A stretch of 64,000 nt of DNA. Origin: Octopus bimaculoides (lineage: Eukaryota). The DNA is taken from the NCBI RefSeq assembly GCF_001194135.2, contig NC_068982.1:162841498-162905497 (forward strand), in the 5' to 3' direction. The translations under genes and the position numbers were made by a program. Position 1 is the first letter of the stretch. Each line of letters opens with the position of its first letter. Shown here piece after piece: positions 40,245 to 53,866 of the stretch. The notes beneath the pieces were generated by a model. That model made no database searches, was not told where the DNA came from, and saw only the letters and a list, made by a program, of their open reading frames with translations.

Positions 40245-40660
40245 GCACATGTATGGCTGTGTGATTAAGAAATTCACTTCACAAATACGTAATTTCATGT
40301 TCAGTCCCACTGTGTAGCACCTTGGGCAAGTGTCTTCTACTATAGCCCTAGGCCTGCCAAAGCCTTGGGAGTGAATTTAGTAGATGGAAACTGAAAGAAG
40401 TCCACCTTGTGTATATGTGTGTCTTCTTGTCTTCATATTGTACAATAATTTTAAACAAGGGTCATGGTTCATAAAATCAGTATTGTTCATTTCCAATCTT
40501 CCATGAAAACATGTCAGAACTTGGGGAAATAATACTTTACTTGGAAACAGGTGAGGGTTGGCAGCTGAAAGGTCACCTGGCTGTAGCAATATCTGCCTCA
40601 ATAAATTTCATCTGGTTTATGCAAGCATGGAAAAAAATGGGTATTAAAACAACAATGGTA
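40245..40660 (+). mobile_element. Full-length tRNA-derived SINE with RTE-like 3' tail in TADA1 intron 6
   Basis: Head ...gttcagtcccactgtgtagcaccttgggcaagtgtcttctactatagcc, body, and tail gcaagcatggaaaaa shared with the RTE ends. An inverted partial copy lies at about 39940-40075; other copies at about 22680-23020, 34030-34450 and 42180-42340. Confidence 0.75.
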
Positions 40661-40733
40661 TGTATTATGTATTTACTTACATGGGCACATACCAACACAA
40701 GCATAAATAAAGTATTTTATTTTATTTTGTAAG

Positions 40734-40864
40734 GGTTTTCTTCTCGAGAAGCAACATTACCAGATATTTCCATGGTTCATGGTCGTATGTATGTTTGTGC
40801 CTGGGAGAATGGCCTCGATGATGTGGCTGAGAATGCTGTAAAGTTTGTCATGACAGCGGTAGAA
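40734..40864 (+). CDS. TADA1: TADA1 exon 7 (131 nt, histone-fold region)
   Basis: ttttgtaag|(G)FSSREATLPDISMVHGRMYVCAWENGLDDVAENAVKFVMTAVE|gtaagt (cf. [22 protein letters not shown]). Uses an AAG acceptor. Confidence 0.93.
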
Positions 40865-42525
40865 GTAAGTATTTTTTTACTGATATCCCTTTTTTTTTTC
40901 AGAAGATTTTTTTTTGTTAAGCATGTTCCAGGTTCTAATTTTTCAACTATATTGAAACTCCATAAGAGTGTGTTATATTGAAACTGTACTACTGAATACC
41001 TTTGTCTAAAATGTGAAACTTCACAGCAATAGTTCTGTCACCCTGATAGGTGAGACTACACTATTTCTCACTTCTGTTGACAAACAAATTATCAAAAATA
41101 ATAATGTCAAGCAGACTGTTTATCTCATCAGATGTTGGATTTAATTTAAACAAGCTGTTTCAATAAATGTTCTCCATAACAGTTAAAATGTGTCTCAAAA
41201 ATAAACTGTTGGCTTCTGGTTTTTCTAATGTATTTTTGAACGACAATCTTTACATGATGTCAAAAGATTAAAGCTTTATTGTATCATCTTGACACATGTC
41301 AGTACTAAATTATCTTTGTCTCTTTATGTCACTATTTCTGTAGAGTATAGAAGTCAGCAATGAATTGTGTGAGAGATTGGAAAAAGGATGATATTCTTAA
41401 TATTTGCAGGTGTAATGGTATATGGCTGTGAAGTTAAGTTGTTGAAACACATGGTCATAACTTCAAATCTTATAACTGTTGTGTTGTGCTTATGAGCAAG
41501 ATGCCTAAATCTTCTTGCTCTAGTTTACCTAACTGAATATGAAGCAGGTTTTACTCTTACTTCACAGTTGAGAGGTTAACTCTAGGGAGCACAGCCATTC
41601 AACAATTAAACTGTTCCGATCTTGGAAGGGTTGACATAAAATAGTCTAACAACAAAAAAAAGGTATAGAAATAGGGAGGAAAAGGCAAAAATTCTTTCTC
41701 ATTAGAAATTTTTTTATTGTAACTATGCTATCATAACTGATTAAGCATTGGTTTAAAGACAAGGGTCAAACCTGCTGCATGTGAAGTATACATTCTGATA
41801 CTACTGTTAGACTGTCTTACTTATATTTTATTCTAATAATATCCGTCATGTCTCACTCTTTGAAACTAAACAGTTTTTGTATGGAATCAAAATAAAAATC
41901 AGTTTTTATTTTGAGTCAAATATCTGTGGTTTCAGCTCTTCCAATGTTTACCATTGTGTAGCATGGAGTTGATGTTATTGTGATGATAGATCTTCCATCG
42001 GTTTCAACAATGAGCATTCTGTTGTTCAATCAACTAACTACCCACACGTTAAATTTATGTAACTGAGTATTCTACACACATGTACTCTAAATGCAATTTT
42101 CAGGTCGAATCAGCCTATCAAAACAATGATACAAAATATTATGAAATTGGATGTTTAATTGTTGATATAATCTATCTGATGGGCTTCCACTCATTTTCTG
42201 TCCACATAATTTCACTTATAAGGCTTGAGTTAACTTGAGGCTATAGTAAAAGACACATGCCCAAGATGCTATACGGTACTATTGAACCTAAGGCCTCATG
42301 ATTATGAAACAAACTTTGAAACCACTCAGCCATGCCTGCATCCGCAAATGTAGAGCCAATATAAAAATCTGTTACCAAGTACTGATGGTCTACATTTCCA
42401 AAAGTATTATTTTCATTAATTACTCTATATTTTTAACATCTGCTTTAAATTTAAATAGCATTAGTGTAGGTGAAAAGAATTAAATTCTGTTAATGTTAAT
42501 CCCCTGGTTAACCTTTATTTTTCAG

Positions 42526-42674
42526 AGTCAACTTAAGGACATCATCGTGAAGGTGCTAGGGCGTAAAAGTGGTTATAAACTCCGAGAAAAACGTTTTAAA
42601 TATTCCATTGGTTGTGATGTTCCTAATCCATATTTACGCCGATCCCAGCTGAAAACAAACTATTTCCGTGAAAG
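42526..42674 (+). CDS. TADA1: TADA1 exon 8 (149 nt)
   Basis: tttttcag|SQLKDIIVKVLGRKSGYKLREKRFKYSIGCDVPNPYLRRSQLKTNYFRE|gtgatt (cf. [29 protein letters not shown]...PYLKNS). Confidence 0.93.
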
Positions 42675-43317
42675 GTGATTATCTTATTTTAATATCATTT
42701 CTACAATTGTTTAACCATATCCTCGCTAGAACTCCCATTTAATATATTTGATTCTAATATCTATATTCTATAAACTAGTAATTGGCCCATTTGAAAACTA
42801 ACCAAAAATCTATAAATGTTATCTGATAACTTTAAAGCTTTAAAATAGATTACTCATATTTATTACATTTTCTCTTTATTGAAACAATTATTGTTCTCAG
42901 CCTAATTTGATATATTTTATACTGTTATTTAAATAATTCCTTCTAACAATATTGCTATATTTATTGTAATCATATACTGATATTGGTGAGGGCACATGGC
43001 CTAGTAGTTAGGGTGTTGTATTCATGATTGCAAGATCATGGTTACACTTTCTGAACCAGGTGGTGCATTGTGTTCATGAGAAAATTACTTCGTCTCACAT
43101 TGTTCTAATCATTTCAACACCTGATGTGTGGTACACCATGCACCTGTTCAGGCAATGTCGATTTGATTGAGGGAATGAGCTAATGTACAGCACAGACATC
43201 TGATCGTTACAAGCAAATTTATTCGTGCAAGGTGTTCAGGAAGAAATTGCAGAACTGTATTTCTCAGACAGCAAGAGACTACTATCAAACTGATATTGAC
43301 CTATTATACTTTGGCAG

Positions 43318-43486
43318 CGATGCAACAGAAATATCTAACAGTGGAATTCAGATGCCAACCATTCGTTTGTCAGAAGAAGCAGCAGAATTGGAAGCTATAC
43401 AACAGCTTGCTTCGGTATCAGTAAATGAACAGATGCAGAATGACAAAGGACCTATAACATTATTTCATCTTTTAGATGCATTACAA
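43318..43486 (+). CDS. TADA1: TADA1 exon 9 (169 nt)
   Basis: ctttggcag|(S)DATEISNSGIQMPTIRLSEEAAELEAIQQLAS...KGPITLFHLLDALQ|gtaagg (cf. PPVNMYDLFEALQ). Confidence 0.9.
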
Positions 43487-44091
43487 GTAAGGCTTTGTTA
43501 TTATTATCAGTTTTATCATTTACATTTGCCTTGAAGAGTAATGTGGCAAATATAATATCCTATACTTGCCAATATTGCATTCACTTAAAAGCCATCAAGT
43601 TTTTAAGTGAATACAATGCTCACTATATTTGTGTAACTGCAAATTAATTAGTACTAATTAATTTGCAGTTACACAAATTTGTGTAACTGCATGGAAAGTA
43701 AACATTAAATGATGATGATAATTAATTCAGTGGTTGGACAATATAGATTTGATTGGTAAAACTGAAAATTGAATTTTGTTAAGTTGGCAAGGCAAGAGTA
43801 AAGATGTTTCCAAGAAGCAAAGGAATAATTTTATTGTTTAATTCATCCAATTTTTCTGTGAAGAACTTTTAATAACTAGTATTAGACATTATAAGTACCA
43901 ATTTGAGACAGAAAAAATTAACAGGGTCATTGAAACTTATGTCTTAAGTTGGTACTTATTATGTTTAATGTCATTTACATTAAAAATATTAAATTCATAA
44001 CCTTAGTAATTATTTTAGTGACATATGCCTGTATGAAACAAACTCAAATTTTATTATATTCTAAAATTGTCATTTTATTTTATTATTCCAG

Positions 44092-44268
44092 TTATACAGG
44101 AATGTTATCCCATCACACTCAGTTTATGTTCCAGCTGTGGAAAAAACTATACATCAGCTAAGTCATTCCACTCATGAAGAGTTAGAACAAGATGTCATTC
44201 ACCATCAAGAAGTGAATATCAAACAACAGTTGGCTAACCAACAATACCAATTACAATTAGTTCTCTAA
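44092..44268 (+). CDS. TADA1: TADA1 exon 10 (terminal coding exon)
   Basis: attccag|LYRNVIPSHSVYVPAVEKTIHQLSHSTHEELEQDVIHHQE...LVL* (cf. VHREVIPTHTVY...HPNHEELQQD). TAA at 44266-44268. The ten exons sum to 1038 nt, in frame. Confidence 0.93.
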   Translation, partial: LYRNVIPSHSVYVPAVEKTIHQLSHSTHEELEQDVIHHQEVNIKQQLANQQYQLQLVL

Positions 44269-47243
44269 TGCTGTAAATTTCTTATCCATCACTACTTTCT
44301 TCTCTTCATCAACTGATCCCTTCATCAGCTGACTCTTATATCTGTTTCCAATGAAATGACAATTATTATTTTGCATAATCTCCATTGTTAACTTAATTAT
44401 TGTTGTTCCCTTTCAACAATGTCAACATGTGGATTTCATGTTTTATATATTTAGCTTCTTGCAAGCTGCCTACCATTCTGAGAACCTGTTTTAATGTTCT
44501 GGAGATACTGTGTTTAGACAATTGACATTTACAGTATTTTCATATTTTGGTAATCTTGCAAGTTCTAATTATTACTAAAAGAATGTTTTGCAGTACGTGA
44601 GGTGGAGTTAACAGATTCATTGTGGTACAGTGGCTTGAAAATTCCGGTCTTCAGCAACATGACAGTGTTTATAATGGTGGTGATGATGATAATGTTCTGA
44701 AGAACTTTAATCACCAATTATGGTCTTTTATTGTAAGGAAACAGCTACATGTTTTCACTCTTGATAGAGAAAAATATTTCAACTTATTTGATGTTAAATC
44801 TCTAGTTGATTCTGTTTTACAATATTCTTGTCTACAAAAAAACAATCATTTTCTTTTGTATGTGTTTGTATTCTTTGTTTTTCATTTTTTTAATCTTTCA
44901 TCTATCTTAGTAAATTAATCTTTATTCTCATATGATAAAGTAAAACAAGAGTAACTCTAAAAGAGAACTGACCAGAAGTAGTTAATAGTGACTCGTGATT
45001 TTAATGTAAAACCGGTTGTGATTTAAAACAGTTGCCTGCTGTAGAACTGCCATCAACTACATAATGTTTTTGGATAATTTATTTGCCAAGAGTTGTCACC
45101 ATTTGTATGAAATCATGTGAATATTACATTATCTGTAAATTTAGTAAATATTTTGACATTATTGGAAATTGTAATTGATACAATTATGAAACTTGTGTAA
45201 CAATCTTTAAAAAAAACAAAGTTCAATGGATAGGGTTTTTGCAATTGGAATTTTATAAAGAGAAGCTTAAAAAGTGTAAATATCATAGCAAGTTTACTAA
45301 ATGTTCTCATTGATGGTTTCTATTGAATATTTTGTGTAGAATGCAGATATTGGACAATTAATTGTAACTATTACTGACAACAAATGAAACTACAAATATA
45401 TAAAATACTTGTTCAGTGATTATTTAAAAATGTGATAAATTTAGTGATCCAGTGCATATCAGCTGGATACATTTCTTTCATTAAGGTCCAGTTTGAGGAT
45501 ATTGAACTCCACTTTGTGATGTTTTAATTTTTTTTTTCATATATATTCATACAAAAAATACCTCCAGTTCCATTTTTTAATTGAGAGCACCTTCAACTTA
45601 TTTTGAAATGCTAAGATTTTGTTGAGATTGAAATATTCCAGCATTTAGTGAAAGTTTGATCAAGTTTAAATATCCCTGTAGTAAAATTTGATTGATTTGT
45701 GCAAGGTTTATTCAAAGTGATCAGTATTATTTTTTTTTTTTTTTAAGTCTGTAAGTTCTTTTTACTTTTGCACATGAGAAATTAAATCCTCACAGATTCA
45801 CAGAAATAGATGCTTTTAAGAAATGGGTTATAATTTTACTACACCAAAAACTGTTAACATTGTCTAGCCATTTTGATCAAGTACTGTTAATTCTCAAGAT
45901 AGCTTTCTACCTCACCAATGCAGCTTTTATATTGATCAATAACTTGTCATTTTCTTTACATACTTTAATGGCCTTGGTTTCTCAAGGTTGAACAAGCAAG
46001 TTTAGTCTTATATGTCATTCCTTGATTGTGTTGCCACCTATTTTAGATCATGCTCCCATCAACAATATTTTCAACTGATATGTTATAAGACAGAAGATTG
46101 GATGAAGATTTTGATATTTGGTAAGGATTAAATTTATAGTGATTTTTTTCAACTCCAAGTTTTTGTAAATGTCAGGTCAATGTTGAACCAGGAGACCTGT
46201 GATCAAAGGTGTTTCAGTTATGGCCATTGCATTTTATATTCAGACTTAGTGTATCTAGGATTGCATGTTCCAATGTTTCTTTCCTTTTTTAAGACAGTAA
46301 GTCAAACTTACTTTTTATGAAGTTTGGCTGCTCCTTTTACTAGATCAAGTGACTGTGTAGAGGCTCCCTTGGTGGCTCATGTAACTTTACTTTTATCAGG
46401 CGAATCTATTTACTGTCATTGTGTCAGAATAATTAATGTGAAAAAAAATAATTCTTTTCACATATGGTTGAAAAATATGATTGTAGAGAGCTGTTGTTTT
46501 ACAAACATCTAGTCCTTGATCTTACAAATTGAGCAATCTATCCTAAAAAAAAGTGACATAAAACCTAATAGTTTTGCGCATCAACAACAATTAGTACGTA
46601 GAAGAGAGATCAAGATGTTCAGTTGCTGTGTTTTTGTCTTTTACCCTTTGTTTCTCAATAACCAGAACATGAACTGTGTAATGGAATAACATTCCCCTCT
46701 ACCCAGACCACTTGTCTCTCTCTTCTCACAATTCGTCCTGTGTCTCCTCAATTCTGCACTAAACACTTTTTTGGTGTTTCCTCCTCAAAACTACAGCACT
46801 TGCAGAATTCTGTCTTTACCCATATTTTCCTGACAGAACAGAACATCAATGTCTTCTGATCTTACCAGTGTTGAGGACATGTCAAAGACTTACTTTGACT
46901 AAAATATAATGAGAAAATTGTTATTGACTCTAAAAATAGGGGATATCAGATTAAACTCTACAGTGTTTACGTTCTGAGTTCAAATCTTGCTAAAAGGTAG
47001 CCCTCTTGCGTAATATAAAATAAATGCTAGTCAAGAAATGGCGTTGATTAAAACAAATACAGCCTGTCCCAAAATTAGTGACCTTGTGCCATTGTCAGAA
47101 ATCATTGCTTTTCTATTTGGAATTGCCTCAAGAAAGGCTCAGACAAAAAGTTTGAAGAGAGTGGAGAATTGCATTAAAATAGTTAATAAAAAATTTTAAC
47201 GAAATATAAGAACCAAAATAAAATATAGGAAATGTGATGAGAA

Positions 47244-48290
47244 TCATCATCATTTAACATCCGTTTTCCATACTGGCATGGGTTAAGCTGTTTGACTGAG
47301 GTCTGGAGAGCCAGCAGCACCAGGCTCCAATCTGATGTGGCAGAGTTTCTACAACTGGATGCCCTTCCTAACGCCAACCACTCTGAGAGTGTAGTGGGTG
47401 CTTTTTATGTACCACTGGTACAGGAGCCAGTCAGGCAGGCCTGGCATCAATCATGTTTGGATAGTGCTTTTTATGTGCCACTGGCATGGGGGCCAGTCAA
47501 GAGGTACTGGCATTGGCTTCGTTCAGGTGGTTCTGGCATTGATCACGCTCGGATGGTGCTTTTCACATGCCACCGGCATGAGAGTCAGTCAAGAGGCACA
47601 GGCCACAGCTACGATATTGGTTTTCCTTGACTCAGCAGGTCTTCTCAAGCATATCATAGCACCCGACGCATCAGGGTTACTCTTAACTGGGTCGGACATG
47701 CATGGCTGCGATCTCACTTTAGTTGCTGGGTTTTCTGAATCACAGCATATCTCCAAAGGTCTTGGTCTCCTGTCATTGCCTCTGTGAGGCCCAGTGTTCG
47801 AGAGTCATGCTTCACCACCTCATCCCATGTCTTCCTGGGTCTACCTCTTCCACAGTTAGGGAGTGGCACTTCCTCACACAGCTGTCTTCATCCATACGTA
47901 ACAAATGACCACACCAGTACAGTCATCTCTCTTGTACACCATATTTGATGCTTCTTATGCCCAACATTTCTCTCAGGGCGCTTATACTCTGTAGTGTGTG
48001 CACACTGACATTACACATCCAGCAGATCATACTAGGTTCATTTCTTTCAAGCCTACGCATGTCCTCAGTAGTCATGGCCCATGTTTCACTGTTGTGTAGT
48101 ATGGCAGTTCACACATGCATCATACAGTCTACCTTGCATTCTGAATGAGTGGCCCTTAGTTGCCAGCAAAAGTAGGAGCTCCCTGAACATTACCCAGGCT
48201 GTTCTTATTATAGTCTTAGAGCAACCACCCCCACTACAGACTTGGTTGCCTAGGTAGCGGAAGCTATTAACTACTTCTAGTTTCTCCCCG
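47244..48290 (-). mobile_element. 5'-truncated RTE-clade LINE, same family as 34450-35960
   Basis: Reverse-complement RT C-terminus at 47760-48290, 66-bp repeat units at 47400-47600, conserved end and catcat tail at 47244. Confidence 0.88.
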
Positions 48291-49149
48291 TGGTGTGTGG
48301 GAAAAACTATCTTCCCAGTTAACCTTCCTTTGATATTGCTGCATCTTTTATGTGTCCATAGCTCACACTGGGTACATCGTGTGGAGTTTCAACCCCCCAG
48401 CATTAATAAAATGAAATAAAAGAAGAGGATAATATAACTGATAAAAAATATTCAAATGTAGAAAACCACCAATGTTAGAGAAGGTATTTGTTAATTATGA
48501 TTTTAAGCAAATCAAAATCATGTTAGTCAGGAAAACACCAGGGAGAAGTTTATTCCACAATTCAGCTGTTGGTGGGGGGGATGGCAGCTTTGTGCATAGA
48601 ACCTGCTGTATGTCAATAAGACACCCAAGAAGCAAAAGTGCTATTTACTAAATTTGGCAAACAGTTCTTATGGTGCACTCCAAGACCAGCAGAAAAGAGA
48701 GAATGCAGCTTACCTGAATACCTACTATGGAAGTGATGGTAGAAAGGGGCCAAACTGACAACATTTCATTGATGACAGTACAGTTGGACTAATGAAAAAA
48801 ACTATGCATTTGATCTTGGCACTTAATCAAATGTTTACAATATTTGAAGGAACCCAGCAAAATGTGTGAACAGAATTCCATTTTATAGGTAAAGTTAGAA
48901 ACTTTTCCTGAACAGTAGAATGAATCCATCATTCTAAATGTAATGTAGAAGTCTATCTTAAATCAGATGAGAATGAAAGATCTGAATCTCCATCTAAGTA
49001 ATCCATCCTAGTTAAGTTGTATGGTTATGTTTATATCATTGCCAATTTTATGATTATATACAAAATATTAACTTAGTATCTTTATGAATTAGCATTAAAA
49101 TTTTATAATAGCTGCGAAGTGGAGATACTTCACTGACTATAAGATAGTA

Positions 49150-50000
49150 TATTCCTTAATGACCACCAGTATAATTTGTGTAAAAAGCAGATCCACTGTT
49201 GGTCTATTCTTCTCTGTCACCCATAAGTAGACTCTTGCCTTGAAAGAATTTAGTGAAAGCAATGTCATTGTTATCAACAAAGCTTTTGACCAGTTTGTCT
49301 TGCACTACCACTTAACTAGTGTTGGTGTGTTTATATCCCTGTAACATAATGGTTCAGTAAAAGAGACCAATAGAATAAGGATCAGGCTTTAAAACAAAGT
49401 ACTGGGGTTGATTCATTTGACTAAAATTCATCCTGGTGATGCCCCAGCATGGCCACAGTCTAATGACTGAAACAAGTAAAAGAAAAAAATGTCTGGCATG
49501 TAAATTTCTTTTCAAAACCTCCTACTCATGAGCTCTATCAGTTTCTAATACCTTGGTTTGGTAGCTTCCTGTCAGATTAAACTACTGCTGTATATGTTGA
49601 TGGAAATTTTATCTTGCACTCTCTTCTTTCCACACATCAATGACTTACTTTACACCATATCCAACAACACCCTTATGCAGATGACATTATCCTCCATTTC
49701 GCCCTGACATTCCCCAACCATGCATTATCCACTCACAGCCAAAATCCTACATTCTAAATCTACACTGACTCCATGAACAGAGACCTTGAAAGCATTCACC
49801 ATTAGTCATGACAATCCTGTCCCTTTCAGTAGCAAGAAAATAAAAATGTTACTCCATCATTCTTAACATAATTTAGGCCACATCTCAATGACTTCCCTTT
49901 CTTTTTAGAGCCAGAAGATACTTCAATCCTCAACGATTATTGATATTTTTACAAAGTTCAAGAGGAACTTTAAACTCTAAATTACTGCCTTTTTTTCCAG
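49150..50000 (+). mobile_element. CR1/L2-type LINE RT relic interrupted by a SINE 3' fragment
   Basis: FLNDHQY...RST...INKAFD / VWH...HIND...YADD (tatgcagatgac at about 49675). The SINE at 49305-49489 is flanked by tgtcttgca / tgtctggca. Confidence 0.75.
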
Positions 50001-50409
50001 ACCCAACAAGTAAACGCAAAAAGAAAAATACTGTTTCAGTTATTGTTTTATGTCTGTAAGATGATTTAAAATGAAGTTTCAAGATTGTCTACTAAACAAA
50101 TACAGATGTTTAAAAAAGTTACCAGATTTGGTATATGCTTTATCTTCAACTTTATACTGAATGCTCGAAACAAAGCTCTTCTGGACATCCTCTTCTTCGT
50201 ACACCCAATTTCTTCATTGTGCACACACAATGTTTACATATGAAAACAACAAAATGCACCAACTCTAACAATTGACAAGAAGGCAAGTTGTCCCTAGGGT
50301 TTCTTCCATCACTCTCAAACCATGCACTCCAGGGCTAGCTTCTATCCTTCTCAAACTCATTTCTGTCTGTCTCTCTCCCTCTCATATATATATATATTTA
50401 TATATATAT

Positions 50410-50780
50410 TTATATATGGCCTCACCGAGGCGATGACTACTGACCGAGACCTTTGGAAATGTGCTGTGCGTGAGAAGACCCGGTAAGCCAAGTAAGATCG
50501 TTGCCAGTGCCCCTGGACTGGTTCTTGTGCGGGTGGCACATGAGATGCACCATTTTGAGCGTGGCCGTTGCCAGTACCGCCTGACTGGCTCCTGTAGGAT
50601 TTTCGAGCGAGATCGTTGCCAGTGCCCCTGGACTGGCTTGTGCGGGTGGCACATAAAAGACACCATTTCGAGCGTGGCCGTTTTCGTGCGGGTGACACGT
50701 AAAAGCACCCACTACACTCTCTGAGTGGTTGGCGTTAGGAAGGGCATCCAGCTGTAGAAACTCTGCCAAATCAGACTGGA
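50410..50780 (+). mobile_element. Young RTE 3'-end copy with 66-bp repeats, truncated by an assembly gap
   Basis: Same 3' UTR modules as 10054-10353 and 35330-35960. Confidence 0.85.
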
Positions 50781-51299
50781 NNNNNNNNNNNNNNNNNNNN
50801 NNNNNNNNNNNNNNNNNNNNNNNNNNNNNNNNNNNNNNNNNNNNNNNNNNNNNNNNNNNNNNNNNNNNNNNNNNNNNNNNNNNNNNNNNNNNNNNNNNNN
50901 NNNNNNNNNNNNNNNNNNNNNNNNNNNNNNNNNNNNNNNNNNNNNNNNNNNNNNNNNNNNNNNNNNNNNNNNNNNNNNNNNNNNNNNNNNNNNNNNNNNN
51001 NNNNNNNNNNNNNNNNNNNNNNNNNNNNNNNNNNNNNNNNNNNNNNNNNNNNNNNNNNNNNNNNNNNNNNNNNNNNNNNNNNNNNNNNNNNNNNNNNNNN
51101 NNNNNNNNNNNNNNNNNNNNNNNNNNNNNNNNNNNNNNNNNNNNNNNNNNNNNNNNNNNNNNNNNNNNNNNNNNNNNNNNNNNNNNNNNNNNNNNNNNNN
51201 NNNNNNNNNNNNNNNNNNNNNNNNNNNNNNNNNNNNNNNNNNNNNNNNNNNNNNNNNNNNNNNNNNNNNNNNNNNNNNNNNNNNNNNNNNNNNNNNNNN

Positions 51300-51347
<48 letters not shown>

Positions 51348-52429
51348 CACACACATACATATGAATTTATGTATGAAGAAAAGTGACATAAAGAAAAGTA
51401 CAGTGAAATTGCCACAAGGAGTAAAGTATCATTTGATAGAGTCCTTCATCAGGGTTAAGATGACAGAGGGCGGAGGAAAGACAGCATAGTTCTACATCCT
51501 CTGTATTCAAGCAACTGACTGAAATTGACAGAGAACATAAGGTAATTTGAGCAGAGACAGAAAATAGTAGGAGGAAGAAGAGAAGCTGATGATGGGGAGG
51601 AGATTAAGGTAAGAATGGTGGTGAAGGATAAAAATTGGATTACTGAACTTAGAATGAATGGAGGAGTAGAAAGTAAAAATTCATTTAAACCAGATAACAC
51701 CATTGTTCCAAGTTTGGATATGAAGTGGTCTCTGTTTCATTTAGTGTATGGATCCAAGACGTACAGAGATTGTTTCACACTGATAAATGTATAATGGAAT
51801 CAGTCATTGTGTTAAAATGAATGACAACAGGTTGACCTGACATATGTGCTTTGAACACATATATGAAAGTGATGACCTGTTTCCACAATGTAAAGTGCAC
51901 TAAAAAGTTTGCAGATGATGCATTATATGAGGTTGCAGGATGTGCAGCAGAAGTTTTGGATGATGAGGTATGGTGGCTTAACCCAGTGATGGTAGTAGCA
52001 TTGTTAACGTAGAGGCAGGTGTTGCATCATTGGTGAATGCATCTATAAGTGCCTGGTTGTGTATGGCTACACTCTATAATGAATGAGTGCAGTATTTTTA
52101 TGTTATTGAGTTCAGTGGTTGGTTGTATTTTACGTACTCTAGTATTACTGGTACAAAAGGCAAACTCAACTTTAATTTGTTATCAGTTAACCCTAGAAGA
52201 GCTTGATCACACACATAAAATCAAGTGTTCTAGACAAGCACCCCTTTTTTAGACAATCTGTTTCAGATTACATAAGGTATGCTCGCTTTTATAAAACAAT
52301 AGGGAATTGAAAAAGCTTTGGCTTCTATACTTTGTAGGTTAAGAGACAATGTAGAACTTCTATTGTTAGCATATTATATTCCTACAGATGCAAGTAGTAG
52401 CCAAAGTAGAAATAAGCCAACTTGAGCAT

Positions 52430-53200
52430 AACAGTTGTTGTTCTTCCGAACTTAATATTTGTGTCATGCATCCAAGCAGTGTTTGGCAGGTTAGGAGCTT
52501 TCTTTAATGACCACCAGTACAATTACTGGTACAAATTTGGTGAAAATAATGTCATGCTAAACATCAACAAAGATTTTGAGCATGTCTGGTCTATCAAAAC
52601 TGACTACATATAGGCTCTATCTGCTGGACAGGTAGCTTCCAGTCAGATCACTATTATGGTATGTATTGACAACAGACCTCTTTCCCTCATTCTATCAATT
52701 CAGGCGTGTCCTAGGGTTCAGTTTTATCCCTCTTCATTGTATGTATCAATGACTTCTTGACACAATGCTCACTCTTAAATAGATAACACTACACTTCATT
52801 CTTTCCTAGCCTTCCTCAAAAACATCATCTATGTACTTTGCAATCTAGCCATGATACATCAAACTCACACCAATTCTATAAACAGAATGACTAAGCTAAT
52901 CTTGTTTTTCCAACAGCAAGAAAACAAAAACTATAAATCCTACACTTATCAAAAAGACATCATTATACCACACCACCATTAATCACGAGAAGCAAGCTAG
53001 AACCCTCGTAATTACTCCAAATGTCAAATCTTACTGTCTCCTGACAAAAACACATCCTTGACATAACTAGGGCCACATGTCAACAAATGGCTTTTCTTTA
53101 CAGAACCAGAAGATACTTCAACTCCTAACAATTATTGATACTCTACAAAACTCAGATGAGGCCCATAATTGAATATTGCTCTCAGATCTAAGGCAGTTGT
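52430..53200 (+). mobile_element. CR1/L2-type LINE RT relic
   Basis: Similar to 49150-50000: FNDHQY, KDFEHVWS, INSGVS*GSVLS..CIND (cf. SGVPQGSVLSP..FIND). Confidence 0.65.
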
Positions 53201-53866
53201 TGTTGCACACAGACATCATAGACTGTGTTCAGAAAAAGGGTCACCCAACTAATTAGCATAAACTCATTTGTAGGCACACCCCTGTCCCAGGCCCACAAGC
53301 ATGGAGTATTCGCTGTCTACTTTTCTACCAATACAATAATGGTTTCTGCTGTTTGGAACTGGGTAGGTTCCTGACACCTCCGCATTCCCATCCATCTCAC
53401 CTCTCTTCAGACTTGTTATGTCCAACCTACCAGACTCTCATATTAATTACCATGCCAAATCTTTCTCTCCAACAATGTAGGCATTCTAGAATTCCATCCC
53501 TACTCATTTCTTTCCTATAGAAGTTGATTTACAATAATTCAAGAGGGATATCAATGACATCTGCTTCACATGTCTTGGGGGTCTGTGAATGCCATGGGCA
53601 CAATTCCTTCCTCCGGACCCAGAAGTGAAAAATAATGTTTTGTTGTTTTTAACCCTAGGTTTGATCGCGCAGATATATGATCTAAGGGACTCCAACTTTG
53701 GCCTGTCTTTTTCTTTTTGGGCATACTATATCTAGAACAACATCATGCAAAGTTTTTCTTTTTTCACTATTTAAGACGATAAGGTGTGGTTTGAGGTAGA
53801 ATTGTTTGCAAAATCTGAAAGGTAGAAGCTCCCTCGTGTTAGTAGTAAATGGTGAGTAGGATCAAA

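Noticed and set aside
51440-51470. CTGATGA on the minus strand as a second hammerhead
   Set aside because: No GAAA or stem II follows. The other ctgatga hits I inspected also lacked the fold.
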